From Steroidobacteraceae bacterium (GTDB lineage: Bacteria; Pseudomonadota; Gammaproteobacteria; Steroidobacterales; Steroidobacteraceae), in contig DASYAC010000188.1 of the NCBI GenBank assembly GCA_036501585.1, forward strand, positions 1-50,223: a DNA stretch of 50,223 bases, given 5' to 3'. The position numbers and the translations under genes are program-made. Of this stretch, positions 35,136 through 44,795 are shown in pieces. Each line of letters starts with the position of its first letter. The stretch's first letter is position 1. The notes under the pieces are model-generated. The model was not told the DNA's origin, made no database searches, and worked only from the letters and a program-made list of their open reading frames with translations.

Positions 35136-37244
35136 ATGACTGATCGTACATGGGCCAGGTTGGCTGGATTATTCGTGTCGGTATCCACGATCGTGGCGGC
35201 CGGCGGCGCGGAAGCGCGCGCCGGCGCATCCCCGGGACCGAGTTCGGGCATCGACACCGAATACAGAAGCCCATCGACCCGGCCGCAGGACGATCTTTAC
35301 CGATATCTCAACGGCAAATGGCTGGACGAATTCCAGATTCCAGCCGACAAGGGCCGGTACGTCTCGTTCACCGAGGTTGCGGATCGCACCGAAGATCAGC
35401 TGCACGGCCTGGTCGACGATCTCTCGCGTCGCGCCGCGGCCGCCGGTGCAGCCGGTGGTGCGGCCGCCGGCACCGCGCCCGCCGGCGCCGGGCGGGCGGA
35501 CGACGATGCGCGCAAGCTCGCCGATCTGTACGCGAGCTTCATGGACGAGCCCCGCCTCGAGAGCCTCGGCATCAAGCCGCTGGCACATACCTTTGCCGCC
35601 ATCGACGGGTTGTCGTCCAAGGAGGAGGTCCCGGCGTTGATCTCGCGGTTCAATCGCTTGGGGCTGGGTGCGCCGTTCGATTTCAGCGTGGATCCGGATC
35701 CGAAGGACTCCACCCGATATGCCGTTCGCATCGCGCAGAGCGGTCTCGGCATGCCGGACAGGGACTATTACCTGAAGGACGATCCCAAGCTCAAGGCGAT
35801 ACGTGCCAGGTATCTCGCCCACGTGGAAACGATGATGCGCATGGCGGGCGATGGGGACGCCCATCGAAGCGCCGCAGAGATCCTGAACCTCGAGACCGCG
35901 ATCGCGCAGAGGCAATGGACGCGGCTCGAGAGCCGGGACCCCCAGAAGACCTACAACAAGGTGGCGTTCGCGGATCTTGCCAAGCTGATGCCGGGCTTCA
36001 ACTGGACCCTGTATCTCGAGGACAGCCGGCTTACCGGCAGGACCGACTATGCGATCGTCTCGGAGCCGACCTACCTCACCGCTCTCGGCGCGCTGATCGC
36101 GGACACGCCGATCGAGTCCTGGCGCAGCTACTTCAAATGGCGCGTGCTCTCGGAAGCGGCGCCGTACCTGTCCAAGGCGTTCGTCGACGAGCGCTTCGCG
36201 TTCACCGGTACCGTGCTGCGGGATGTTCCCGAGAACGAGCCGCGCTGGAAACGCGGAGTGGAGCTCCTCGACGATTCGATGGGCGAGGCGCTCGGCAAGC
36301 TGTACGTCCACAAGTACTTTCCGCCGGAGAGCAAGGCGCGGATGCTGACGCTCGTGAACAATCTGCTCGATGCCTACGGCCGCGACATCGATCGATTGGA
36401 TTGGATGAGCCCCGAGACCAGGAAGGGCGCGCACGAGAAGCTCGCCAAATTGTCCAAGAAAATCGGCTATCCCGATCGCTGGCGCGACTACACGAGCCTC
36501 GAGATTTCTCGGGACGATCTATGGGGGAACGTGGTACGCGCCTCGGAATTCGAGTACCGCCGCGACATCGACAAGCTCGGCAAGCCCATCGACCGCGGCG
36601 AGTGGCAGATGACGCCGCAGACCGTCAACGCGTATTACAACCCGGTGATGAACGAGATCGTATTTCCCGCGGCCATCCTACAGCCGCCGTTTTTCGACGC
36701 ACGGGCGGACGATGCGGTGAACTACGGCGGGATCGGCGCGGTCATCGGGCACGAGATGAGCCATGGCTTCGACAATCGCGGCAGCCAGTACGACGCGGAC
36801 GGCAATCTGAGGGACTGGTTCGCGCCCGAGGATCACGCGAAGTTCGCGGCGAAGACCCAGGCCCTGGTCGCCCAATACGGCGCCTACGAGGCCGTACCGG
36901 GATTCAAGATCGACGGCGAACTCACCTTGGGCGAGAACATCGCCGACAACTCCGGTCTCTCGATCGCCTACCAGGCGTATCACCTGTCGCTTCATGGAAA
37001 GCGCGCACCCGTGCTCGACGGCTTTACCGGCGACCAGCGCTTCTACCTCGGTTGGGTCCAGGTCTGGCGCGGCAAGGTGCGCGAGGCGGAGGCCATCGAG
37101 CGGGTCAAAACGGACCCCCATTCGCCGCCCGCCATCCGGGGCACCGTCCCGGTGCGCAACCAGTCCGGCTTCTATCAGGCGTTCGGGGTCAAGCCGGGAG
37201 ACAAGATGTATCTGCCGCCCGCCGACCGGGTGACGATCTGGTAG
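35136..37244 (+). CDS. M13-family zinc metallopeptidase (PepO/endothelin-converting-enzyme-like)
   Basis: Zinc motif HEMSHGFD and downstream GENIADNSG. 702 aa with an N-terminal signal/anchor. AGGAGGA Shine-Dalgarno sequence. Confidence 0.9.
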   Translation: MTDRTWARLAGLFVSVSTIVAAGGAEARAGASPGPSSGIDTEYRSPSTRPQDDLYRYLNGKWLDEFQIPADKGRYVSFTEVADRTEDQLHGLVDDLSRRAAAAGAAGGAAAGTAPAGAGRADDDARKLADLYASFMDEPRLESLGIKPLAHTFAAIDGLSSKEEVPALISRFNRLGLGAPFDFSVDPDPKDSTRYAVRIAQSGLGMPDRDYYLKDDPKLKAIRARYLAHVETMMRMAGDGDAHRSAAEILNLETAIAQRQWTRLESRDPQKTYNKVAFADLAKLMPGFNWTLYLEDSRLTGRTDYAIVSEPTYLTALGALIADTPIESWRSYFKWRVLSEAAPYLSKAFVDERFAFTGTVLRDVPENEPRWKRGVELLDDSMGEALGKLYVHKYFPPESKARMLTLVNNLLDAYGRDIDRLDWMSPETRKGAHEKLAKLSKKIGYPDRWRDYTSLEISRDDLWGNVVRASEFEYRRDIDKLGKPIDRGEWQMTPQTVNAYYNPVMNEIVFPAAILQPPFFDARADDAVNYGGIGAVIGHEMSHGFDNRGSQYDADGNLRDWFAPEDHAKFAAKTQALVAQYGAYEAVPGFKIDGELTLGENIADNSGLSIAYQAYHLSLHGKRAPVLDGFTGDQRFYLGWVQVWRGKVREAEAIERVKTDPHSPPAIRGTVPVRNQSGFYQAFGVKPGDKMYLPPADRVTIW

Positions 37245-37389
37245 CGGGGGTCGGCACCGGGCGAGAGCGTCAAATTCCCGGCGGCCGGGCGGGGCCGTGA
37301 GCGCGCGCGATGGATCCACGCCCGGCGTCCTCGAGGCGCTGATTTGGTAACTAATTGAATTACAACGGTAAAAATATGTAGGAACTCCG

Positions 37390-37405
37390 TGGCATAGAAC
37401 TTGCT
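37390..37405 (+). promoter_or_regulatory. Sigma-54 (-24/-12) promoter upstream of fliL
   Basis: TGGCATagaacTTGCT has exact GG/GC spacing, about 42 nt upstream of the fliL ATG. An unusually AT-rich tract (37341-37383) precedes it. Confidence 0.75.
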
Positions 37406-37446
37406 CCAGTGCTGGTGCGGCATCGACGCCGCAAAAGGATCAGCAC

Positions 37447-37992
37447 ATGGCAGACGCAGCCGACGAAGCAACCCCTCCTCCTCCGCCCAAGAAATCCGGC
37501 GGCGGACTGATGAACGCCATCGTGGTCTTCGTCATGGCGCTGCTGGCCGTCATCGCGGGGGGGTTCATCAACGCGAAGCTCTACCCCATACCCGAGCTGA
37601 AGCTCGGCAAGGATGGGACCATCACGCCCGTCGTGAGCGCCTCCTCCGGGGAACATGGGGCGGAGGGCGGCGGCAAAGCGGCCGTCTATTACGCCATCGA
37701 CCCGCCGCTGGTGGTCAATTTCGAAGATGGCTCGGTGGTGCGGTTCCTTCAGATCAGCATGGAAATCATGGCGCACGATCAGAAGGCGATCGACAGCGTG
37801 CAAAAGAACATTCCGTTGATCCGCAACAACCTTCTTTTGCTCATGAGCAACCGGGACTATCAATCGCTGATGTCGCGCGACGGCAAGGAGAAGCTGCGCG
37901 CCGAGGCGCTCGCCGAGGTCAATAACGTCCAGAAGAAGCAGGGCGGCGACCCCGTCGACGATGTCCTGTTCACGAGCTTCGTGGTGCAGTGA
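37447..37992 (+). CDS. fliL: Flagellar basal-body-associated protein FliL
   Basis: 181 aa. Single TM segment (AIVVFVMALLAVIAGGF). FliL-like C-terminal domain (YYAIDPPLVVNF, IPLIRNNLLLLMS). Position before fliM. Confidence 0.88.
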   Translation: MADAADEATPPPPPKKSGGGLMNAIVVFVMALLAVIAGGFINAKLYPIPELKLGKDGTITPVVSASSGEHGAEGGGKAAVYYAIDPPLVVNFEDGSVVRFLQISMEIMAHDQKAIDSVQKNIPLIRNNLLLLMSNRDYQSLMSRDGKEKLRAEALAEVNNVQKKQGGDPVDDVLFTSFVVQ

Positions 37993-38966
37993 TGGCCACG
38001 CAGCCAGCCCCGGCCGAGGAGTCCGCGCCGGACTCCGCGCCCGGCTCGAGCGATATTTCGGAAGAAGAAGTCTCCGCCCTTCTGGAGAAGCCTCACGCGG
38101 ACGGCGTGCGCCCGTTCGACTTCTCTTCGCACCGGATCAATCGTACGCAATTGCCGATGCTCCAGATCATCGGCAAGAGCTTTGCGGAGCGGGCCAAGGT
38201 CGCGCTGTCCGGCTTGCTGAGCCGGGATGCCAACGTCGAGTTCATCTCCGTCGATTCGGTCAAGGCCGCGGACCTTCAGGCTTCTCTCCCGAGCCCGGGC
38301 AGCGTCGCCGTCGTGCGCCTGAAGCCGCTGCCGGGGTTTGCATTCGTATCGGTGGAGCCCAAGCTCCTGCTGGCGTTGCTGGACGGCTTTTTCGGGGGGT
38401 CGGGACGAGCCGCGGCGGAGGCTCAGGCGGCCATCGCACCCGCCGCGCTGCGGTTCCTGGGGCTGATGCTTCGCACCCTCGGTCCCGAGCTGACCGCCGC
38501 GTGGGCTCCGGTGACGCCGATCGAGCTCGAGCTCGTGAAGCAGGAAGTGAATCCGCGACTACTGCAGCTCGGCGGACCCAACGATTCGCTGACCGTCATG
38601 CGATTCACCGTGGAATTCGCGGCGCATAGCGGCCCCATCGACCTGGCGATGCCCGACGCAGCCCTGGTTCCGGTCCGCGAGACGCTGGCCTCGGACGGGG
38701 GGAAGCCTCCCGCCCGCAAGCAGGAAGCCTGGGGGCCCGCGCTCGGCGTGGGGTTGCAGGATGCCGAGCTCGAGCTTCGCGCCGTGCTCGCGCAGGCGAA
38801 GATCAGCCTGGGCGATCTCGTGCGCCTGACGCCCGGCGACATCATCCCCATCGAGCCCCCCCAAGACGTCACCTTGCTGGTGGGCGACGTTCCATTGCAC
38901 CGAGGCCGTTTCGGCGTCTCCCAGGGCCGCAACGCGCTCAAGATCATTCCCGGAGGTCCCGCATGA
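37992..38966 (+). CDS. fliM: Flagellar motor switch protein FliM
   Basis: N-terminal CheY-P-binding-like ISEEEVSALL; middle domain; C-terminal SpoA-like segment. ATG 37992 (TGATG overlap with fliL; GTG 37989 alternative). Confidence 0.92.
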   Translation: MATQPAPAEESAPDSAPGSSDISEEEVSALLEKPHADGVRPFDFSSHRINRTQLPMLQIIGKSFAERAKVALSGLLSRDANVEFISVDSVKAADLQASLPSPGSVAVVRLKPLPGFAFVSVEPKLLLALLDGFFGGSGRAAAEAQAAIAPAALRFLGLMLRTLGPELTAAWAPVTPIELELVKQEVNPRLLQLGGPNDSLTVMRFTVEFAAHSGPIDLAMPDAALVPVRETLASDGGKPPARKQEAWGPALGVGLQDAELELRAVLAQAKISLGDLVRLTPGDIIPIEPPQDVTLLVGDVPLHRGRFGVSQGRNALKIIPGGPA

Positions 38967-39310
38967 GTGTTCCCGATCCCAAGGCGTCCGCCGTGGCGCG
39001 TGCTCAATTCAACGATCTGGGGCCGAACGCCGCGGGGGCCTCGGGCCAGGAAATGAATCTGAATCTGATTCTCGACGTGGCCGTCACGCTGGCGCTCGAG
39101 GTCGGACGCGCGCGCATGCCGGTACGGGAGCTCCTGCAGCTGGCGCCGGGCGCCATCGTGGAGCTCGACCGCCTGGCCAGCGAACCCCTCGATGTCCTCG
39201 TGAACGGCGTACGCATCGCTCGGGGCGAGGTGGTGGTCGTGAACGATAAGTTCGGCATCCGGCTCACCGACGTGGTGAGCGCGAGCGAGCGCATGGAACA
39301 GGCTCGGTGA
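38963..39310 (+). CDS. fliN: Flagellar motor switch protein FliN
   Basis: 115 aa. SpoA domain (LILDVAVTLALEVGRARMPVRELLQLAPGAIVELD, VNGVRIARGEVVVV). ATGA overlap with fliM. Confidence 0.92.
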   Translation: MSVPDPKASAVARAQFNDLGPNAAGASGQEMNLNLILDVAVTLALEVGRARMPVRELLQLAPGAIVELDRLASEPLDVLVNGVRIARGEVVVVNDKFGIRLTDVVSASERMEQAR

Positions 39311-39669
39311 CGAGTCTCGCCGCCCCCGCATCCCCGCTGTCCGTGGGCAGCGTTGCGCAGCTGACGTTGAGCCTGGCAGCGATCGTGGCGCTGATCTTCG
39401 CCGTGAGCTGGATCGTGAAACGGCTGAAGCTCGGTACGCCGCGCAGCCGCGGGGACATTGCCGTCATCGACGAGCTGGCGCTCGGGCCCCGCGAGCGGGT
39501 CGTGCTGGTGCGCGTGGGCGATGCGCAGGTGCTGGTGGGGGTCGGTTCGGGCGGGGTGGTCGGCTTGACGCCGCTCGACAGGCCGATCGCCGTCAAGGGA
39601 TCGCCCGAAGGGCCCGCATTCGCCGATCGGCTGCGTGAGCTCATGAAGCGGCCGGGCGGTCCGCCATGA
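39307..39669 (+). CDS. fliO: Flagellar biosynthesis protein FliO
   Basis: 120 aa with one TM segment. Position between fliN and fliP. GTGA overlap. Confidence 0.8.
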   Translation: MTSLAAPASPLSVGSVAQLTLSLAAIVALIFAVSWIVKRLKLGTPRSRGDIAVIDELALGPRERVVLVRVGDAQVLVGVGSGGVVGLTPLDRPIAVKGSPEGPAFADRLRELMKRPGGPP

Positions 39670-40451
39670 CCGGGATCGCCGCCGTGAAGAGGATCGCCGG
39701 TCCCGCGGTCGTGCGTGCCATGCTCGCAGCGCTCGCGCTTCTGGCGATACCGGCGGGCGCCGCCGTGGCGCAGGCGACCCTCCCGGCGCTCGCCATCAAG
39801 TCGGCCGCCGACGGCGTGCAGACCTATTCGCTCACCTTCCAGGTTCTCATCCTGATGACCGTGCTCACGCTGCTGCCGGCCATCCTGCTGGCGATGACGG
39901 CGTTCACCCGGATCATCATCGTGTTGTCGCTGCTCAGACAGGCGCTCGGCATGTCGACGACGCCGTCCAATCAGATCCTGCTCGGGCTCGCGCTGTTCCT
40001 CACGTTCTTCGTCATGAGCTCCACCATCGATCAGGCGTATGCGGACGGCATCAAGCCCTACCTGGACGGCCAGATGGCCGGGGAGGTTGCGATCGACCGC
40101 ACCCTGCAGCCGCTCAAGAAGTTCATGCTGGCGCAGACGCGCGAGAACGACCTGCAGCTCTTCACCAAACTGTCGGGCAGGACGCAGTTCGCGAGTCCGG
40201 ATGACGTGCCCTTGTCAGTCATCGTGCCGACGTTCCTCACCAGCGAGCTGAAGACCGCCTTCCAGATCGGCTTCATGGTGTTCATTCCCTTTCTGGTGAT
40301 CGATCTGGTCGTCGCGAGCGTGCTCATGTCCATGGGCATGATGATGCTCTCGCCGACGCTCGTGTCGCTGCCGTTCAAGATCATGCTGTTCGTCGTGGTG
40401 GACGGCTGGACCCTGTTGATCGGAACCCTCGCCGGGAGCTTTCACCGATGA
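39666..40451 (+). CDS. fliP: Flagellar export apparatus protein FliP
   Basis: 261 aa. Signal-like N-terminus and conserved FliP blocks ([59 protein letters not shown]). Confidence 0.95.
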   Translation: MTGIAAVKRIAGPAVVRAMLAALALLAIPAGAAVAQATLPALAIKSAADGVQTYSLTFQVLILMTVLTLLPAILLAMTAFTRIIIVLSLLRQALGMSTTPSNQILLGLALFLTFFVMSSTIDQAYADGIKPYLDGQMAGEVAIDRTLQPLKKFMLAQTRENDLQLFTKLSGRTQFASPDDVPLSVIVPTFLTSELKTAFQIGFMVFIPFLVIDLVVASVLMSMGMMMLSPTLVSLPFKIMLFVVVDGWTLLIGTLAGSFHR

Positions 40452-40717
40452 CGCCCGAGAACGTCATGGATCTCGCGCACTCGACGCTCACCGTCACCGC
40501 GATGATCGCGGCCCCGCTGCTTCTGACGGCGCTCATCACGGGTCTCGTGATCGGCATGCTGCAGGCGGCGACCCAGATCAACGAGGCCACCTTGAGCTTC
40601 ATCCCGAAACTCCTGGTGCTGGTGCTCGCACTGTTCGTCAGCGGTCCCTGGATCCTGCGCGTGCTGATCGATTTCACGCGCAACCTGTACGCCGGCATCC
40701 CGGGCATGATCGGTTGA
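40448..40717 (+). CDS. fliQ: Flagellar export apparatus protein FliQ
   Basis: 89 aa, two TM segments ([15 protein letters not shown]). ATGA overlap. Confidence 0.93.
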   Translation: MTPENVMDLAHSTLTVTAMIAAPLLLTALITGLVIGMLQAATQINEATLSFIPKLLVLVLALFVSGPWILRVLIDFTRNLYAGIPGMIG

Positions 40718-41538
40718 CCGCAGCGCGCATGGCCACCATCCACCCGATCATGATCGACGCCGCCGACGTGTCCCGATGGGTGGCGCGCCTGTGGTGGCCC
40801 GTGCTCAGGATCGGCGGCTTCGTCCTGACGGCGCCGATCGCCAGCGAGGCGACCGTGCCCGCACCCGTGAAGATCGGGCTGTCGATCGGGCTGGCCTTCA
40901 TCCTGTCGCCGCTCGCTCCGGTACCCGCGGGCCTGTCGATTTTCTCAGGCGCGGGCGTACTGGCCGCCGTGCAGGAGATCATGATCGGGATCGCCATCGG
41001 CATGGTGGTGCAATTGACGTTCGAGGCGCTCGCTTTCGCCGGCCAAAGCATCTCGACGACCATGGGTCTCGGATATGCGACGTTGATCGATCCGCAGCAC
41101 GGCGCCGACACCCCCGTGCTCGGACAGCTCTTCATGATATTCGGCACGCTTGCCTATCTCGCGGTCAACGGCCACCTGGTGCTGATCGGCGCTCTGGCGA
41201 CCAGCTTCAAGAATCTGCCCATCGGCGGCGCCGACATCGACCAGAACCTCTTGTGGTCGATGGGCGTCTGGGGCGCGCGGATCTTCGAGACCGGACTCCT
41301 GGTGGCGCTCCCGGCGGTGGTCGCGCTGATCATCGTGAACCTCGCGCTGGGCGTCGTGACGCGCGCGGCGCCGCAGCTCAATCTCTTCGGCGTCGGGTTC
41401 ACGATCACGCTGATGTCGGGATTCGTGGTGCTGATAGTCGGGATGGACGGGTTCATGGTGGGGATCTCCAGTCTCCTCGATAGCGCACTCTCGGCCGTGG
41501 TGGATCTCGTCGGCCCGGCGCCGGGGCTGGTGCACTGA
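40714..41538 (+). CDS. fliR: Flagellar export apparatus protein FliR
   Basis: About 270-aa polytopic membrane protein following fliQ. TTG 40714 overlaps the fliQ stop; ATG 40729 is an alternative. Confidence 0.9.
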   Translation: MTAARMATIHPIMIDAADVSRWVARLWWPVLRIGGFVLTAPIASEATVPAPVKIGLSIGLAFILSPLAPVPAGLSIFSGAGVLAAVQEIMIGIAIGMVVQLTFEALAFAGQSISTTMGLGYATLIDPQHGADTPVLGQLFMIFGTLAYLAVNGHLVLIGALATSFKNLPIGGADIDQNLLWSMGVWGARIFETGLLVALPAVVALIIVNLALGVVTRAAPQLNLFGVGFTITLMSGFVVLIVGMDGFMVGISSLLDSALSAVVDLVGPAPGLVH

Positions 41539-42671
41539 TGGCCGAGGAAGCCGAAACCGGCGGAGAACGCACCGAAGAACCATCGCAACGACGCCTGCAG
41601 GAGGCGCGCGAACGCGGTCAGGTACCGCGCTCGCGCGAGCTCACGACGTTCGCCGCCATGATCGGCGGCAGTGTCGCGCTCGCCGCCACGAGCTCGGATC
41701 TCGCCGCCAGGATGGCGGAGCTCATGCGCCGCTTCATGTCCATCGACGTGCGGCAGCTGGAGGATACGCAATCCATGTTCTCCTCGCTCCGCGAGGCCTC
41801 GACGCTCGCTCTGTCGGCGCTTCTGCCGATTTTCGCGGCGCTGGTCGCCGCGGTCGTGCTCGCCGGCACGGCCCTCGGCGGATGGAACTTCAGTCCGGCC
41901 GCGCTCACCCCGGACTTCACGCGCATGAGTCCGCTCGCCGGGTTGAAGCGGTTGTTCGGACTGCGCGGCGCATCCGAGCTCGGCAAGGCGCTGCTGAAAT
42001 GCGCGGTGGTCGGGGGCGTCGCCGCCGGCGTCGTGATGTGGCTGTTTCCGCAGGTGCTCGCCCTGGGTCGCATGTCGGCGAGCGCGGCGGTCGGCCGCGG
42101 CGCCGGCTTGATGAGCATCGCGTTCGTGTGGCTGTGCGCATCGCTCGCCCTGGTCGCCGCCGTCGACGTGCCGCTTCAGCTGTTCCAATTCAAGCGCGCA
42201 TTGCGCATGACGCGGCAGGAGGTGCGCGACGAGGCAAAGGAGAGCGACGGGCGTCCGGAGACCAAGCAGAGAATCCGCCAGGCGCAGCAGGCGATCGCGC
42301 GGCGCCGCATGATGCACAAGGTGCCGACGGCCGACGTGGTGATCGTCAATCCGACCCACTTCGCGGTGGCGTTGAAATACGATCCCCAGAACATGCGCGC
42401 CCCGCGGGTGCTGGCGAAGGGCGTCGATCTCATCGCGCAGAACATCCGGCGCATCGCCGAGGAGCACCGGGTGCCGATATTCGAGTCGCCGAAGCTCGCT
42501 CGGGCGCTGTATCGATCGGTCGATCTCAATCAGGAGATTCCGGCGGGCCTGTATCTCGCCGTGGCGCAGGTGCTCTCTTATGTCTTCCGGATCCGCACCC
42601 TGAATCCGACCCTGGCCGCGCGCCTCGCGCGCCCCGAGCCCAAGCTCGGCGATGAGTACGCCGACGTATGA
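41538..42671 (+). CDS. flhB: Flagellar export switch protein FlhB
   Basis: N-terminus TEEPSQRRLQEARERGQVPRSREL. Autocleavage motif NPTHFAVAL. 377 aa. Confidence 0.95.
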   Translation: MAEEAETGGERTEEPSQRRLQEARERGQVPRSRELTTFAAMIGGSVALAATSSDLAARMAELMRRFMSIDVRQLEDTQSMFSSLREASTLALSALLPIFAALVAAVVLAGTALGGWNFSPAALTPDFTRMSPLAGLKRLFGLRGASELGKALLKCAVVGGVAAGVVMWLFPQVLALGRMSASAAVGRGAGLMSIAFVWLCASLALVAAVDVPLQLFQFKRALRMTRQEVRDEAKESDGRPETKQRIRQAQQAIARRRMMHKVPTADVVIVNPTHFAVALKYDPQNMRAPRVLAKGVDLIAQNIRRIAEEHRVPIFESPKLARALYRSVDLNQEIPAGLYLAVAQVLSYVFRIRTLNPTLAARLARPEPKLGDEYADV

Positions 42672-44749
42672 ACGGCCGCGGCTTCGCGAACATGATGTCG
42701 GAATTCGCGCGCAACGGCCTGGGCGTTCCGGTGCTCGTCATGGTCGTGCTCGCCATGATGGTGCTGCCGTTGCCGGCGTTCCTCCTGGACGTGCTCTTCA
42801 CCTTCAACATCACCCTGTCGCTCGTCATCCTGCTCGCGGTGATCTACGTGCGGCGGGCGCTCGAATTCGCGAGCTTTCCGACGGTGCTGCTCGGGGCGAC
42901 CCTGCTCCGGCTCGGGCTCAACGTGGCCTCGACCCGGGTGGTGCTGATCAGGGGCCACACGGGCGCCCACGCGGCCGGCCATGTGATCGCGGCCTTCGGG
43001 CAATTCGTGGTGGGCGGCAATTACGCCGTCGGCATGGTGGTGTTCACGGTCCTGGTGATCATCAATTTCGTCGTCATCACCAAGGGCGCCGGGCGCATTT
43101 CCGAGGTGAGCGCGAGGTTCACCCTGGACGCGATGCCCGGCCGGCAGATGGCCATCGACGCCGATTTGAACGCCGGCCTCGTCACCCAGGCCGACGCGAT
43201 CGTACGCCGGCAGGAGGTGCGCGAGGAGGCGGACTTCTACGGCGCGATGGACGGCGCCAGCAAATTCGTGCGCGGCGACGCCATCGCCGGCATATTGATC
43301 GTGTTCATCAATCTCTTCGGCGGCATCATCATCGGCGCCGCCCAGCACGGCATGTCGGTCTCGGATGCGGGACGTACGTACGCGCTCCTCACCATCGGCG
43401 ACGGCCTGGTCGCGCAGATCCCGGCGCTCCTCTTGTCGGTGGCGGTCGCGATCCTGGTGACGCGCGTGTCGAAACCGCACGACATGAGCCAGCAGATCAT
43501 GTCCCAGGTCCTCGGGCAGCCGCGGGCACTCGCCGTGACCGCGGGCATCCTGGGGCTGCTCGGCATCATTCCCGGCATGCCGAATCTCGTGTTCCTGGGC
43601 ATGGCGGCGGCCTGCGCGACGGGCGCTTATCTCATGACCACACGCAGGGCGGCGGCGAAGGCTGCCGCCGCGGCGGCTCCGGCCAAGCCCGCGGCGGTGC
43701 CGGCCGAGCAGCGCGAATTGTCCTGGGACGATGTCGAGCCCGTCGATGCCGTCGGCCTGGAAGTGGGCTACCGCCTGATCCCGCTCGTGGATCGCGCGCA
43801 GGGCGGCGAGCTCATGGGGCGGATCAAAGGCGTGCGCAAGAAGCTGTCCGAGGAATTGGGGTTCCTGGTGCAGCCCGTGCACATTCGCGACAACCTGGAG
43901 CTCGGTCCGAATTCCTACCGCATCACCATCCTGGGGGCTCCGGTGGGCGAGTCCGAAATATTCCCCGACCGCGAGCTCGCCATCAATCCCGGTCAGGTGT
44001 CGGGCACGCTGCAGGGCTCCGCCACCAAGGATCCCGCCTTCGGCCTGGAGGCGGTCTGGATCGAGAAGTCGCGGCGCGATCAGGCGCAGGCTCAGGGCTA
44101 CACGGTGGTCGACGCGAGCAGCGTCATCGCCACCCATCTGAGCCACCTGCTGCAGTCGCATGCGCAGGAGCTTCTCGGCCATGAGGAGGTTCAGCAGCTG
44201 CTCAATCGGCTCGGCAAGAGCGCACCCAAGCTGATCGAGGATCTGGTGCCGAAGCTCCTGCCGATGAGCGTCGTGGTGAAGGTGCTGCAGCTTCTGCTTC
44301 TCGAGCGCGTGCCCATTCGGAATCTGCGCAGCATTTGCGAGACGTTGGCGGAGCTTGCGCCGAAGACCCAGGATCCCGCGACGCTGGTCGCCGCGGTGCG
44401 CGTCGCCCTCGGGCGCAGCATCGTGCAGAACATCGGCGGCCTGCGCGAGGAGCTGCCGGTGATCACCCTCGATCCTTCGCTCGAGCAGGTGCTGCAGGAT
44501 TCCATGTCGGGCGGCGGCGATTCGCCGGGCTTCGAGCCGGGTCTCGCCGACAAGATTCAGCAATCGCTGGTCGACCGGACGCGGCGTCAAGAGGCTGCCG
44601 GCGAGCCGGCGGTGCTCCTGGTGGCGCCGAAGATCCGGCCCTGGGTTGCCCGCCTGATGCGCTACTCGAGCCCGACGCTGTCGGTGCTCGCCTATAACGA
44701 GATTCCCGAGAGCCGCCGAATCCGCGTGGTTTCGGCGGTAGGGCGCTAG
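42668..44749 (+). CDS. flhA: Flagellar export gate protein FlhA
   Basis: 693 aa. FHIPEP-family blocks (GAGRISEVSARFTLDAMPGRQMAIDADL, FVRGDAIAGILI). Large C-terminal cytoplasmic domain. Confidence 0.95.
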   Translation: MNGRGFANMMSEFARNGLGVPVLVMVVLAMMVLPLPAFLLDVLFTFNITLSLVILLAVIYVRRALEFASFPTVLLGATLLRLGLNVASTRVVLIRGHTGAHAAGHVIAAFGQFVVGGNYAVGMVVFTVLVIINFVVITKGAGRISEVSARFTLDAMPGRQMAIDADLNAGLVTQADAIVRRQEVREEADFYGAMDGASKFVRGDAIAGILIVFINLFGGIIIGAAQHGMSVSDAGRTYALLTIGDGLVAQIPALLLSVAVAILVTRVSKPHDMSQQIMSQVLGQPRALAVTAGILGLLGIIPGMPNLVFLGMAAACATGAYLMTTRRAAAKAAAAAAPAKPAAVPAEQRELSWDDVEPVDAVGLEVGYRLIPLVDRAQGGELMGRIKGVRKKLSEELGFLVQPVHIRDNLELGPNSYRITILGAPVGESEIFPDRELAINPGQVSGTLQGSATKDPAFGLEAVWIEKSRRDQAQAQGYTVVDASSVIATHLSHLLQSHAQELLGHEEVQQLLNRLGKSAPKLIEDLVPKLLPMSVVVKVLQLLLLERVPIRNLRSICETLAELAPKTQDPATLVAAVRVALGRSIVQNIGGLREELPVITLDPSLEQVLQDSMSGGGDSPGFEPGLADKIQQSLVDRTRRQEAAGEPAVLLVAPKIRPWVARLMRYSSPTLSVLAYNEIPESRRIRVVSAVGR

Positions 44750-44795
44750 GGATGCTCCCACGCTCCCATGAATTTGTTGCCTCACGGAGGTTGAC

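Noticed and set aside
7566-37446. Reading the two inserted blocks as classical mobile genomic islands or prophage.
   Set aside because: I found no integrase, transposase, phage genes, tRNA attachment site or recognisable flanking direct repeats by eye. The composition is not visibly different from the flanking flagellar genes.
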